Made by a program: the position numbers and the translations under genes. A DNA stretch of 64,000 nucleotides from Bigelowiella natans CCMP2755. Lineage: Eukaryota > Protista > Cercozoa. Of this stretch, positions 13,362-26,199 are shown one piece after another. Under the pieces are notes generated by a model. The model did not search any database and was not told the DNA's origin. It worked only from the letters and a program-made list of their open reading frames with translations. Numbering within the stretch: position 1 is the first letter of the stretch; every line of letters starts with the position of its first letter. The stretch is taken from the NCBI GenBank assembly GCA_000320545.1, contig ADNK01001511.1:1-64000 (forward strand). The letters are read 5' to 3'.

Positions 13362-14034
13362 TCCGATGTTGACTTGATGGGTATCTTATTTTAATATCTT
13401 TGATGTTTACATTCATTAACCGCCATGTCAGTAGTACTATTTCTCAGTGTCATTCATTCATTATTTACACACATTCTGTTTGATAACTCTTTCAGATCAG
13501 CTTTTTAAAGCTTTGGCTTGTGCAGAAAAATATATGGAACCAGTAATAAGTGTATACTTGATTGTGCAGACAAATATAATGGAACTAGTAATAATAAGTT
13601 TACACTTGATTATGTGAATGCTGCTTATCGATGTGTACAACCACCGTGGAATCAATAAATTATACCACTGATTAGAAAATATTAGGAAACCATCATCGTC
13701 ACAATCATCATCCTCAATATCATTATGTTCACTATATATCGGTGTCAGATACCCACGTATACTCATGCTGATAGCGCAAGTTTGCTTGTGTCTGTGCATT
13801 CTTATTGATGTCGCTGAAATGTATCTTGGCTGCGATTGGGAGGTAAGTCGCTGTTGTAGTAGTGATGATACGTCGTGGTCCTAGTTGTGGAGTTATGCTG
13901 CTGCTTGTTGGTACTGCTGATGGTGATGCTGGTTGTGGAAGGAAGGAGGGAGGGAACGATGGTGTTGTAAAAAGCTAGCCGGGGATGTGATACAGAGCAC
14001 CGTAGATGTTAAACAATATGAATTTAATGAAATC

Positions 14035-14072
<38 letters not shown>

Positions 14073-14709
14073 AAAATATTATATATAAAAAATATTGGGA
14101 TTTTCTACTACATAGTCATCATCACCGTCATATATATTTAAGTAGTAATGTTCATCATCTGCTATATCAGGTGGAGATGGATTACAATGGAAACGTCTTA
14201 AATGATCCAAATCTCCACAATCATCTACATGCTGCGTGAGTAGTTGCAACATGTTATTTCTTTAATACTGTCACTACCTTATAAATGAGAAATCCGGCGA
14301 TGATGGTTCCATTATTTATTCTAAAACAGATCATTAGTAGCAATGGGATGTGCAATGTATCTTGCAATTGGCTTCCTTAATTTCACCCATTTCGCTAAAA
14401 AGGTAATGATTAAAAATGAAGACATCACGATCAATGATCTGCGTACAAAGGAATAACTTTGCTCTTCCTTCCTCCTCCCTCCTCCTTCTCCGCTCTCTTT
14501 TTCTTCCCTGGTAGGATGCTGCTATTCATTTGCGGTGGTTTCTGGGTTTGCCTTACGTTGAAACACGTATGACGATGACAACGACCACGAAGCCTAGACA
14601 ACACCAAGGGAGTAGGACTGAAACAACAAATTGTAGCCAGCTTGAAGAGGCTGAGGACATTGAACTTGAGCGTTGTCCACAGAAGCAGCATACAGGAAAG
14701 GAACTGTAA
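11096..14709 (+). CDS. Alkaline ceramidase-like protein (ACER/CREST superfamily), multi-exon, divergent active site
   Basis: Exons give GYWGP..ENSCESDYLFSKYISEFWCTLS, NLMAVGIFG|VGAHMTQWRFWEILELM, ILIDVAEMYLGC, PNLHNHLHAA, HLRWFLGLPYV, in the same order as the ACER3 motifs. Multiple TM segments; TAA at 14707-14709. Confidence 0.8.
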
Positions 14710-14759
14710 TAGTTTACTATGAAAGGACGTAAATTAAAAGAAACTTACTTTGAATCGTG

Positions 14760-15740
14760 TGACTGGTGCCGCTTTATGAAAATGTATGATGCAATGTCTT
14801 CGTTTGACCTCTAGACCTGATCCATGAGCAAGTATCGCACGGAATCCCGCCACATTCTAGCATTCGACACCTATCGCATTTGTACGTGGGTATCTTTGCA
14901 TCGGGTCGTTCTGGGCTAAGATTCTTATATTATTTAGCCGTCTATGAGGTCTTTGCAAATTCAGGGCACGCACAACGAGTCTGAGCGAATGCTTGCATGC
15001 ATGTATATATACAGCCCCAGCATGACAAGATGCATTGCAAATTGCGCAGCCTTCGATTCCTTTTGAATCACTCTCGTTTGCCCACTACTAGACCAGCAGT
15101 TGCAGTTTCTTGCTCATACTAGCATTGATCACGGATGCCTGCACTTATCATGCAGTAAGAGCCCTGCTAGCCTGTATGCTGTACTATAGTGTACGGGATG
15201 ATAGACATGCAATATATATTATATATATATTATATATACTATATTGCTGTGTCTATTATCGGGGGCTCTTACATCAAACAACAATGCAATCTAGCAATGC
15301 CCGCAAGCGCGCCGTGTGTAACCTTGACGTAGAGCAGCCAAGAAAATGTTGACTCGGACTACATGTCACTTATTAGATCACTAGGTACCTAGGTAGGCTA
15401 TTACGCAGCATAGCTCGATAGAAAGTACATCTAGCTAGTTAGACATACATCATCATCTATGCGCTGCGGGATCGATGGCATGTGTGTAAGTGCTAGAATG
15501 CCAATGTGCCATTTATACGATGCATGAATTTGCAATACGCTTGCTCGCATTGTAGTCACTGCGATACCCTTGCGTATACATACATGGTGTATTCTGTGAT
15601 GCGTATTGCGATTCAGTGTGCCGCGTCGTACGGTTGTCTGCTAGCAAGTGTGTAGCGCAGAATTTAGTATGGTGGATGCGTAACACAAGCACATGTTATA
15701 TTTATGCGATTTCAGTTAACGCCACTTGCATGCACGCACG
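14760..15740. other. TGCA/CATG/CTAG-rich tract T3 (weak TpA depletion) between convergent genes
   Basis: Alternating purine-pyrimidine words and CTAG are dense and trinucleotide microsatellites are essentially absent, but many TA remain. Confidence 0.5.
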
Positions 15741-15868
15741 CAGGGGCGGAAATACAAGATAACTACAAATTGAAAATCGACTGTAAAATGTATAAAAACA
15801 CACTCTGGTTGCAGCTTTATCGAACCCCTTATTAATAGAACTGCATAGGTTAATTATTGCTGCAATAA

Positions 15869-15896
15869 GGTGAATAATTGAGCTCAATTATTCACC
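15869..15896. repeat. Perfect 28-bp palindrome over the ADH stop codon
   Basis: GGTGAATAATTGAG/CTCAATTATTCACC is self-complementary and contains the minus-strand TGA (15886-15884). Confidence 0.9.
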
Positions 15897-16952
15897 AAGA
15901 CCATTCTATATCGAACAGAATTTTTCGCTACTCTTTCCAACGCCTATTGTAAACAATAATTAGCGAACTTATAAGTATCACATTCGAAGCGTAGAAGTCA
16001 TAAATTGTACATCTTACCAAAATATAAATCAATAAATCTCAATTATTTCTAAGCCACTCCCATGTAAGCAACTACGTCAACCTTATTTGCATTTTCAGCT
16101 GTCATCTTTAGAGTCTCGATCTGAGGCAGAACTTTGTGCTTAGCACAAAATTGAAGCATATTCTTGATTTCGGAATGCGAAGCCAGGTAGGAACCGCAGA
16201 ATGTGAGCCGGTTGACAACCAAAAGATTAGGCTACATCATAAAATAATGCATAGCAGCAGCGACGACGGCAAACCTCAACAATATGGCTAAAGTATCTTT
16301 GTGATAATAATTGTGGGTTGTGATGATGATGACCATTAGGAGAGAGTAACAAAGAAAAACAGATGTTTCACCATAAGTTTTACGTCATAGGTGAACAAAC
16401 CATCTAAACCTATCAGGCAGTAGCAAGATTTTGATAGATCACGTGAGTTACAGTGTGCATGTTAGTATCTAGTCAATCAAATATTGCCACCTTGAAAGAT
16501 ATTTTAGGAGGCAATCCAACACAGCAAAAGATTCCTGAAGTCAGATTCACAAGAAACAAATTACCATCCTACCACCCCTCCTTTCAGGATTATATACTTT
16601 TACTGCTACTCGTAGTACTACCATCAGGTCTGAGCAACTTGAAGAAATCTTCATAAACAACGCCATCACCGCTGATTGTACTCAGCAGAAAATCAAAGCT
16701 TCGAGCGTGCGAATGCATCTGTTTCTCTGGCAAAGTAGTATCGTTTGAATACAGCATTTCTGAAGTGAGGAATCGATCGTCGTAAAAATGTGAACAACAA
16801 CAATGATGCATAGGTTAGTAGTGCTAATACTACCATCTGCAGATATAATAAAGCCGGTTGCTCCAAACTTTTCCGCCTCTTTATTATATCCATTGGTTCA
16901 TTATTGATATACGTTCCCGTGTACATAGTGTTATTTATGTAAAATATAATAT

Positions 16953-16991
<39 letters not shown>

Positions 16992-19081
16992 GCTGGAAAA
17001 TTACATTTAGAAAGTAAACACACACACACACACAATCGCACGCGCATACCTAACACCATAAGATCTACATCGCATTTTTTTGCCTTTGAGACAACTATTT
17101 ACTTAATATATATGGTTGCGAAAACGAGGAATTCTAGATTCTATTTTGTTATAATTGCTAGTAACAGTAGTAACAGTAGCTGTAGTTTCATCACCACCTA
17201 GATTATCATCAAGTTGTTACTGTTACTACTAACTCTAACTAATACCCTACCTTTCTTCTTGTTCGGTGAGCGTGTGATCACATAAGTCTTGCAACCCATC
17301 TTGGCCGCAAACTACAAATACAAATAATAAAGAGATGATGTCACATAGGAAGGTCATCTCATGCAAGATACACACCACATAGTAGCTAATACTTTGCCAT
17401 CATCATCATCATAATCATCATCATCATAATCATGTAGCAGTTATGAATCATGTGATGATGATGATATATGAAGAGCACACCTGAACTGCCATGTGCCCAA
17501 GTCCACCAAAGCCACAAATTCCAACCTTTTGCCCACTTCGAACCTTGAAATCATCATATGTAATTTCTGTTGCGTTAGATGAGAAGGAAAAGCAGCTAGA
17601 GAAAGAGGAGGAGAAATGCAGTAGCAACTTTGTTGTGCACAAATGGGGTCCATGTCGTGATTCCCGCGCAGAGGAGCGGTCCAGCATACTCTGAGGGGAT
17701 TTCCTCCGGAATAGGAAACGCCCTATTTGAGAATGATAATACCATCAACAGTGTTATTCTTGTTTACACCGTATTAACACTCTTCTTGCGCTCGTCAATG
17801 TTGTCGTTGCCATTGTGTCGGGTTGGTTGAACGTTTTGTAAATTTCGAAGCAAAAAAAGAAGTAATGTGCGTTGTTATTATTTATTAAAGTTGTAATGCA
17901 TGAAATGATACCATTTGGCTCTCACTCGCAATCGCTTTGAGAAGCCACCATACGTGTAAGGCTGTTGCGAATCACCGGTTGCCGTGTTGTACGACTTTAT
18001 CTGAAACAATAACGAGACAGCAACTATTGGAAGAAGAAAAGATTGAACAGCGCTCTTATCATTCCTTTATGCGATTTTTCTCACTCACTAACTCATGTAC
18101 GTAGTGGCAAGTATTGAGTGTGTATGTGCTCTGCAAATTTCTATATACAATATGTGTGTAGATCTACTGGAATTCATAATTAAAGGTGGTTACCTTCGCG
18201 GAACAAAGTTGCTCTTCGCCTAAGAAAATTGTCAGTTTATTAACAACGGTGGTCATTCATGAATATAATTGTAACCTCGAACAGCTTAAAAATTCGTACT
18301 CATAATTCTCCTACTATTCTATATATTTCGGTACCTCTTCCACAATCGTGACAAGATTCACAACTTCCTGTTTGAGGACCAACTCCGACACGCATACCCA
18401 CCTTTAGCTCCTTGAGGTTAATGTCATCATGGTAAATTATTAGGGTTAGTGAGTGGTTGGTTGATGTAACAAACTAGTGCTTATATACAGTAAATTTCTT
18501 CGTTCTCTCTCCTACTTTGAACCTTGACTTCTGCACCAATTTTCTCTACGGTCCCGACAATTTCATGCCCAGGAACCTTGTGACAATTTAAATTAAGCAA
18601 AGAGGAAATATCCTGAAGGGGAGTAAATCGAAAGAGACGAGAGGATTCGTCCAAAAGCCCTTGACATTAATCACAGGCTACCATTTTTTTTTTAAATTTA
18701 TGGATAAAGGCTGTTTCCGATGAGATTGTACTCAGCAGAAAATCATAACTTTTGGCTTGCGAACGTCTCTGTTTCTTCGGACGAAGTATTTTTCGAACGA
18801 ATGCATTTTCAGAATGAGGAAAACATCGTCGTCATAAAAATGTGAACGACGACAATGCATAGGTTTGTAGACCTAATGTTACCATCTGAAAATAACATAT
18901 CTATTTTTCTTAGTCGTTCGTGTTTCTTGTCTTCTTCTTCGCCTCCCTTCTCCACGCCTCATCGTTCTTTTAACTACTTTACCAGAGGATAGTTAGCTCC
19001 ACCCCAGTCGTTATGAACTTGGTGCAAATCAGAGTGGCACACACCACACGATTCAACTCGAAGCTCAACCTGGCGAAGATT

Positions 19082-19140
<59 letters not shown>

Positions 19141-19377
19141 TGTGTGTGTGTGTGTGTGTGTGTGTGAAAAAGAGAAATTCCTTGCGTCGCCATCATGCTC
19201 TGAGCAATTGAATAACTACCTCATCAGGTTTTAGAGAAATTGGAACGTACGAGAAATCTTTTATCTCTCCTTTAGCCTCGTAAGCAGCAAAAGCTTGGAA
19301 TTTCTAATCAATACAGTGGGAAACGTGTCAAGAACAATGAAACATTCAACAAATGTGTTTACCTTGTTTGCTTCCAT
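15884..19377 (-). CDS. Zn-dependent medium-chain alcohol dehydrogenase/aldehyde reductase (cinnamyl-ADH-like), ~15 exons
   Basis: Spliced motifs [13 protein letters not shown]|[22 protein letters not shown]|[32 protein letters not shown]|[22 protein letters not shown]; all GT-AG and in frame. Confidence 0.93.
18680..18895 (-). pseudogene. Degenerate duplicate of an ADH exon-intron-exon segment inside ADH intron 3
   Basis: Aligns with 16620-16845 (shared GATTGTACTCAGCAGAAAATCA, AAAAATGTGAAC, ATGCATAGGTT, TACCATCTG). Translates [19 protein letters not shown] versus [19 protein letters not shown]. Confidence 0.8.
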
Positions 19378-19767
19378 TGTTATTTTCGAAGTACGGTTCG
19401 TATGGGATGTGCGTACTTGTATGTGTACTTTCACATAGATATTTACTAATCTATATTAAATATGTTGTCTTAGGACAAAAATGCCATGGATTATTGTCTA
19501 TTCTCAATCAGTGACGGTAACATCGCAGTAGTAGAAGTTGTAGTAGTGGTGGATGAGGGAGAGAAAGGAACATTTTCTTCCCCATATATCCTCCTCCTCC
19601 TCCTCCTCCTCCTCCTCCTCCTCCTCCTCTTCCACTACCACCACCACCACCACCACAAGAATCCAAGATCGGAGACATCAATTGGAAGCGTTGCTCCTCG
19701 TTGAGCAGTAGTAGTAACGCCGGAAATGCAGCAGAATATCGACGACCAAATCAACACCTAAACTAAG

Positions 19768-21116
19768 ATGGACGAAGATAGACGCCAACTTGACAAGGCA
19801 TTGAGGGAAGCCAATGAATGGATTGCTGCTTCTTCTATCCATGACGGCCTTGGAGAGAATGAAGGTTACGATGAGGAGGAGGATGAGGATGAGGTTCTGA
19901 TGCAATTGGACTCCGGAGAGGAAGAAGAGGAGGACGAAGTGGAGCGAAACCTCCAAAATCAGTAACTATTTGCCAAATAAAAGATATTGTGAATGGCTAA
20001 TGACTTTGTCCTTGCTCATTGAACACAGAATTTTCAATGTGGGGGTGGCATTTCCAGCTGCTATTCGAAGAAGTGCTGATGATGACATTGGCGCTGATAC
20101 CAAAAGTCTGACGGAGCATACGGTCAGCATTGTCAATGCACTCCAATAATATGCTAGTGTCTCTTGTTGATGATCATGTTTTTATGCATGGGAAAAGGTT
20201 GAGATGGCAGATGATGATCGGAAACATCCTCCTAACCCTCAACGAATTCCAGTAACTCCGGAATCCATTGCAAACTTGAAGGGGGCCATCTCTCAGGCTC
20301 GAAAGATAATATCTGGGCTAAGAAATCAAGTAAAATCAATTATACGCATGTGTCGCGTAGGAGTATTCTAATCTTCCGAAATTCTGGATTTGATAGCACC
20401 TATGACTTTAGATTTGTATTTATAAACTCATAAAATATGATGATCAGCTAGTGAAGAAGCATACAATGTGTGTGAATAATATACGTCAATCACTACTTAG
20501 GTGAATGAAATTGATACTCAGATGGATTACAATTCGGAAAAATTAAAGTTCGCAAAAACAATTGCTTTAATATTTCAACATCAGTTTCTGATAAATAATA
20601 ATAATAATGATAATAATAATAATAATAAGATGATGATGATGAAGAAGAACATGAACATAAGATGGTTAATACAAAAAATAAGAAGCACTTTGTTCCTTCC
20701 TGATCTCCTCCTCCTTCATCGGATTTCATATTGCTGCTACTGGTGTTGCTCCTACTACTTAGGATCGCAGAAAACCTCAAGAACTACGCCTATAATTTAC
20801 GAAAAGGATGCACAGTAGCAAAGAGAGCTAACAATAAGCGCTTTTACACCTTTGCAACGGTTACTAGTGAGTATAGTAGTAACATTTACACATCGTCAAC
20901 AATACCAATCAAATGCAACACGGTGCTTCTATTACCACTGTTCACAACTACTATTATTACTATTACTACTACTACTCACTACTGCCATCACTTAACTCAC
21001 GCAGGTTGTGTACAAGCTTCCGTTTTTCAAAGATAAAAACGGAAGCGAACCAAAACCACATCCAAATGTAACACTTAAAGAGCAGGTCAGAGCAACACGT
21101 GTTTTTTATAGATATC

Positions 21117-21150
<34 letters not shown>

Positions 21151-21290
21151 GTTATTGTTGTTGTATTAGCATCGCCTTCCTTTTGTTTTTTATTCGATCA
21201 ACAACATCGATATTCTTGGTAATGGACATAGGGAAGCTTTGCCGTTACTGTTTATGACATACAGTAACCACTGCTTTATCTTTTCCTCTA

Positions 21291-21338
<48 letters not shown>

Positions 21339-23241
21339 ACTTATATGCTAAGCTAGGATTTCATCGGGGTTAGCCATACTATTTGTGTGTGTTTTGTGAC
21401 AATACCATGCCATTTCCACTTCTTTTTCATTGTGTATTGGACTACTACTACTATCTTCTACATACAGATGTTGGAGGGCAGCCTGAGCCAGCAAATAACT
21501 ACCTCCCGACTTGAAACTTTCACGGATGATGAGAAACGGAGACTGGAAAATGCTGTAAGAATAGCCAAAAAGCGTGAATGGATTAAGGAGCAAGTCAAAA
21601 ATACAAGAAAGACGCTAGAAACTACGAGTGGTGATCATCGTCGTAAATTGGTAATATTAATAAGATACCTGCCGCAAGTTATTCTACCCACTCCTTCTTT
21701 CTAACATTAGTGCTTATAATTATGTGTATCATCATCGTCGTCGTCGTCGTCGTCATTATCATCATAATGAGTCTAATAGACTAGGAGTTGCATATATTTA
21801 TTATGTTATATATTTTTGTCATATTTACAAATAATAATATTTATTAACATTACTACTATATTTTCACGTGAAGCATTAGTTCTACTCGCAGTATTCTCTT
21901 GTGATAGTTTTGTTCCTTCTCTTAAGGTCGTGGCAAGTGTCAAGCTGATTCATCGATTGGTAAATAATTCATTATTATGTTTATTGTCTTTCATTTTACA
22001 TCACTTGGGGAATAACTTCTGCCACCACGCATTACAAACGACGGGCACGCTCCATCATAGTAGCGCCATCATCATCATCATCATCATCAGTAGGAGCAGC
22101 AGCAGCAGTAGACATGCAGCAGAGGTCCTACTATTGTTACTACTACTACTGCTGCTGCTGCTGGTCTTGCTGCAGCTGCTTCTGATGCCTCCTTCAAGTT
22201 GGTAATCAATAGTTCATCATCAAGTGATGACGGACGACGACAACGATGGCTGGGGCGGTCGATACGATTCCCATTATTGGATTGGATGATCATATTACTA
22301 ATGTCAACTACGCCGATAAATCAACAGACCTTTTCCCCCCCCTATGAGGACCATTTTTAGCCATCATCATCATCATCATCATCATCATCATTATTATGAA
22401 TCATTATCATTATTAATAGACGTGTAAATGCCCCTCTGGGGACAACGACCGATCTGGGGAAAAGGAACAAGAACTACAACAACGACAACAACACTCACAA
22501 GAAATGCTGCTGCCGGAATTACCGCTAGATGTATGAAGTAACAGTATGACCTAGTTTATTTTCTTTCGTTTTGTGTGACAATGCAAGTTTAATAAAAGAG
22601 TAAGTGGGTGGGGAGGGGAAGAATGTCTGTTAAAATAAGTATTTGTGGTAGCAGCCTAAAACGACAATTTGTAAATAATAATACGACTAAAGTTTTATCT
22701 GTGGGTCCTCTCTTTATTCTTCTTCTTCTTGTTATTGTTGTCGTTGAAATCCCTGATATTGGTTGACTAAGTTCAATTGGGATGCCTTGGCACATGAATT
22801 CTTCAAACACCATTTGGGAGGTAGATAATCAACCTGTTCCTGCTGCTGCTGCTGCTACTACTGGGAAAAGAATATACACATATACTAGCGACCAGTTGCG
22901 AGAGACTTAATATAGGTTTATCCCAAGTGCCATCACCACTATCATCCTTATCGTGATCGTGTTACAAATACAAACCAACAAAAGGCCCTCCAAAGCATTC
23001 AGGAGATTATCTTCGGATGCAATGGTGATGACGATGATATGTGGGTTAGGATTAGAATGGTAACGGGATCGTGTTATATTTATTTCACGATAAACATGCT
23101 CATATTAAGAAAATACTATACGACGATTTCTAATGTGTTTTTTTCCACCATTACTTACCGATTTCGACAACACTACTACACATAACACACACAATACACA
23201 CATCAATCACCAGGGAAATGATGAAAATGGCGACACCACGA

Positions 23242-23274
<33 letters not shown>

Positions 23275-23856
23275 ATGGGTGCTCCAGCAATCATGGCATC
23301 ATCGTCTTTTGCTTCTTCTTCTTCTTCGTCGATGCCTCCTCCTCTTCCTCCTCCTCCCCCCCCCCCCTCTTCCTCCTTTGTCATCATCGAAAGAGTGGCA
23401 TCAGAAGGACCATATATATTTTCTAGTCAAAATTGTTGATGAAGAACAAAAATATATTCATACACATAATAAGAATAAGAGTAACAACTCTATCGTCGCT
23501 ACTACTACGACCACTTCTTCTTCTTCTTCTTCTTCAACTACGAATACTACTGCTGCTACAACTACTACTCCGCAAACAACGGATGATTCAACCAATACTT
23601 CTACTCTGACCACCACCACCACTTTTTCTCCAAGCGGGCGGTCCCTCTGGCAAAGGATTGCTGAGAGATTATTTAGGTATTAGTAGCAGTTGTACTAGTT
23701 GTAGTAGTACGACAAAGACGAAGGATGTAGTCAACTACTACCTAGTAAAAAGAACACAGAAATAGCCGATAATAAGGATTAAAAAATTGCAGCGTAGTAA
23801 TCAATTACCACCTTTACTGATGATATTGTATGTGATGATTTGAATATTGTATTCCG

Positions 23857-23899
<43 letters not shown>

Positions 23900-26092
23900 A
23901 TTGCTGTTCTTGTTCCAGCTAACTTAATACTACTACTACTACTACCTACTACTATAGAGAACATGGAATACGGCAGAGTCCATATCAATGCTTCTCTCAC
24001 TACCGGCAACATGCTGTTAAAGATAACTTCTACTACTCTCATAAGAACTACCAGAACCAACAACAGAAACAATTGATTCCATGGACTCAGGAAGAAGATG
24101 AGAGACTCAGTAATCGTCTTTTCCTCCTCCTCCTCCTGCTGCTACTACTACCACTACTACTACTACTACTACCACCACCACTTCTACTACCAATAGTAAT
24201 AATTATAATAATAATAATAGTAGTTAGTTTAATGCAGATGATATGGTTCACAGTAATTGGTGCTTCTCCTTTCCCTCCTCCTCCTCCTCCTCCCGGTGCT
24301 CCTCATAATATTGTGATCTACGACAGCTGCACTAGAGAAAATCCACGGAAAGAATTTTAGGGAAATTCATCAAAGGATGCCACATAGGACGTATACACAA
24401 GTACTTACTTGCTGCTACTTATTGAGTAGCATATCAAATGATATTATCAATTCGTCGTTCACGCAAAGTATCTGTTGGCTGCTGGTGCTGCTGCCTATTT
24501 TCCCTTCTATGTTATCATCCCTTTTGCAGATATATCAACGTCTGTACAAAAAATTAAGTCATCACCGCAAACAAAGCAAAAGGAACACTCCTTGGACCCC
24601 ATCAGAAAATCTGAAATTAATTCTCGGTGTAAAGACGCTTGGTAGCGACAACTATGGTGACCATGTGTATAAGAATGTCAGAGAAACACTCTTCCCTCAC
24701 GGATCAAGAAACGGTAGTGATTAGTATAAGTAGTAGTAGTAGGTGTAGTAGTCAAAGGACGATAATAAAGGGGGCACCCATGGTTGTTGAATCCATTACT
24801 TAGTGCAGATGCTTCTGCTGAGTAGCAGTAAGCAACAAGCCATTAGGGATGGTTTTATGTTGGTGAATGATGTACGAATCCCTCTTCTTCTTCTTCTTCT
24901 TCTTCTTCTTCTTCTTCTTTATTTACGTTGCTTGACTTTATGTATCTCTAGCTGATCAACTGAGGGAGAGATGGAAAGCTGTAGGAGAACCATGGTAGCA
25001 GCAGTGGCAGTAGCAGTGGCAGCAGCAGTAGCAGTAGCAGTTTTAGTTGTAGTAGTAGTAGTAGTTTTTCTCCTCACCATTATCATCATCATCATCATCA
25101 CCATCATCATTCAAACTCGCTACTACTACTGCTACTAGTACTACTACTACAACACTACATCCTCCTTTTTCTGCTGCTGGTGTAATAGCAGTTGTATGTG
25201 TTGGTGCTGATTGCTTGGTTATTTTCTTCCTTAATTCCTTACGTAGTTACTGCTGCCTGCTGCTTGCTACCACTACTACCACAGGTATAATAAACGCTAC
25301 GCTCCTGGCCTTCACGAATGTTGGTCATTCAAAGAAGATCAAAAATTGAGGAATAAAGTCAAGCAATACACTGAAAGAGGAATGTTACTGTCATCATCAA
25401 TACAGGCGTTAGACTCTAAAGGTAGCATATTCAGTCTATTAGTTGCAATGATATTTATTCATTTCCTTTTTCTTTCTTCTCTTCCTCCTTCTTCTCCATC
25501 TTCTTCTTCTTCTTCTTCTTCTTCTTCTTCCTTTTCTGCTTCTTCTTCTTCTTCTTCTTCCCAGGGACTCAAGGTGAGGCGAAGGAGGAATTAAGACAAG
25601 AAAAGAACCTAAACGACGAGGGGAGGAAAATACCGCCACCATCGTCGCCATTAGAAGCAGCACAACTCTCTCCTTCTCCAGGGAGAGGAGAAAGCAGCCA
25701 TAGGAAGAAGACTAAGAAGAAGAAAAAGAAAAAAAAGAGCAGCACAATTCCTTGGGGTTGATGAACTTACATTCGATTGTTTGTTATGATATTGCTTACT
25801 GTGCGTTGATCATCCGCTTGATCGTGAACAACTTCTTGTTACTTGAGGGTGGATTGTTCTAGGAGTAGAACAAATGACATGTGTCTTCTTATTATTATCA
25901 TAATCATCCATAATCTTTCCAGGTCGTATCTCCAAGTGTTTTATTGGACGCACTGTACCAGAGTGCAAAGCCAGATTTTTGGCCATAGCAACACCAGAAG
26001 AAGTACGTTGTAGCAGTAGTAATAGTAGCAGTAGTATTTGATGTTGTTATTGTAGACGAAGCGCCACATTAAATGTATTGGAAAAAGAAAAA

Positions 26093-26132
<40 letters not shown>

Positions 26133-26169
26133 GATGTACAAGGTGAGGAATCGGACATCAATCATATGA
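19768..26169 (+). CDS. SNAPC4: SNAPC4/SNAP190-like multi-repeat Myb transcription factor (snRNA-activating complex subunit 4)
   Basis: LPFFKDKNGSEP and FTDDEKRRLENAV resemble the SNAP190 N-terminal region. Tandem Myb repeats follow: FNWDALA, KEWHQKD..LWQRIAERLF|REHGIRQSPYQCFSHYRQ, PWTQEEDERL..MPHRTYTQ|IYQR, PWTPSENLKLILGV..DQLRERW, CWSFKEDQKL..IPWGRISKCFIGRTVPECKARF. Some middle exons unresolved. Confidence 0.72.
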
Positions 26170-26199
26170 CATTTTACGTGTTTCCCCCTGCATACAGGA

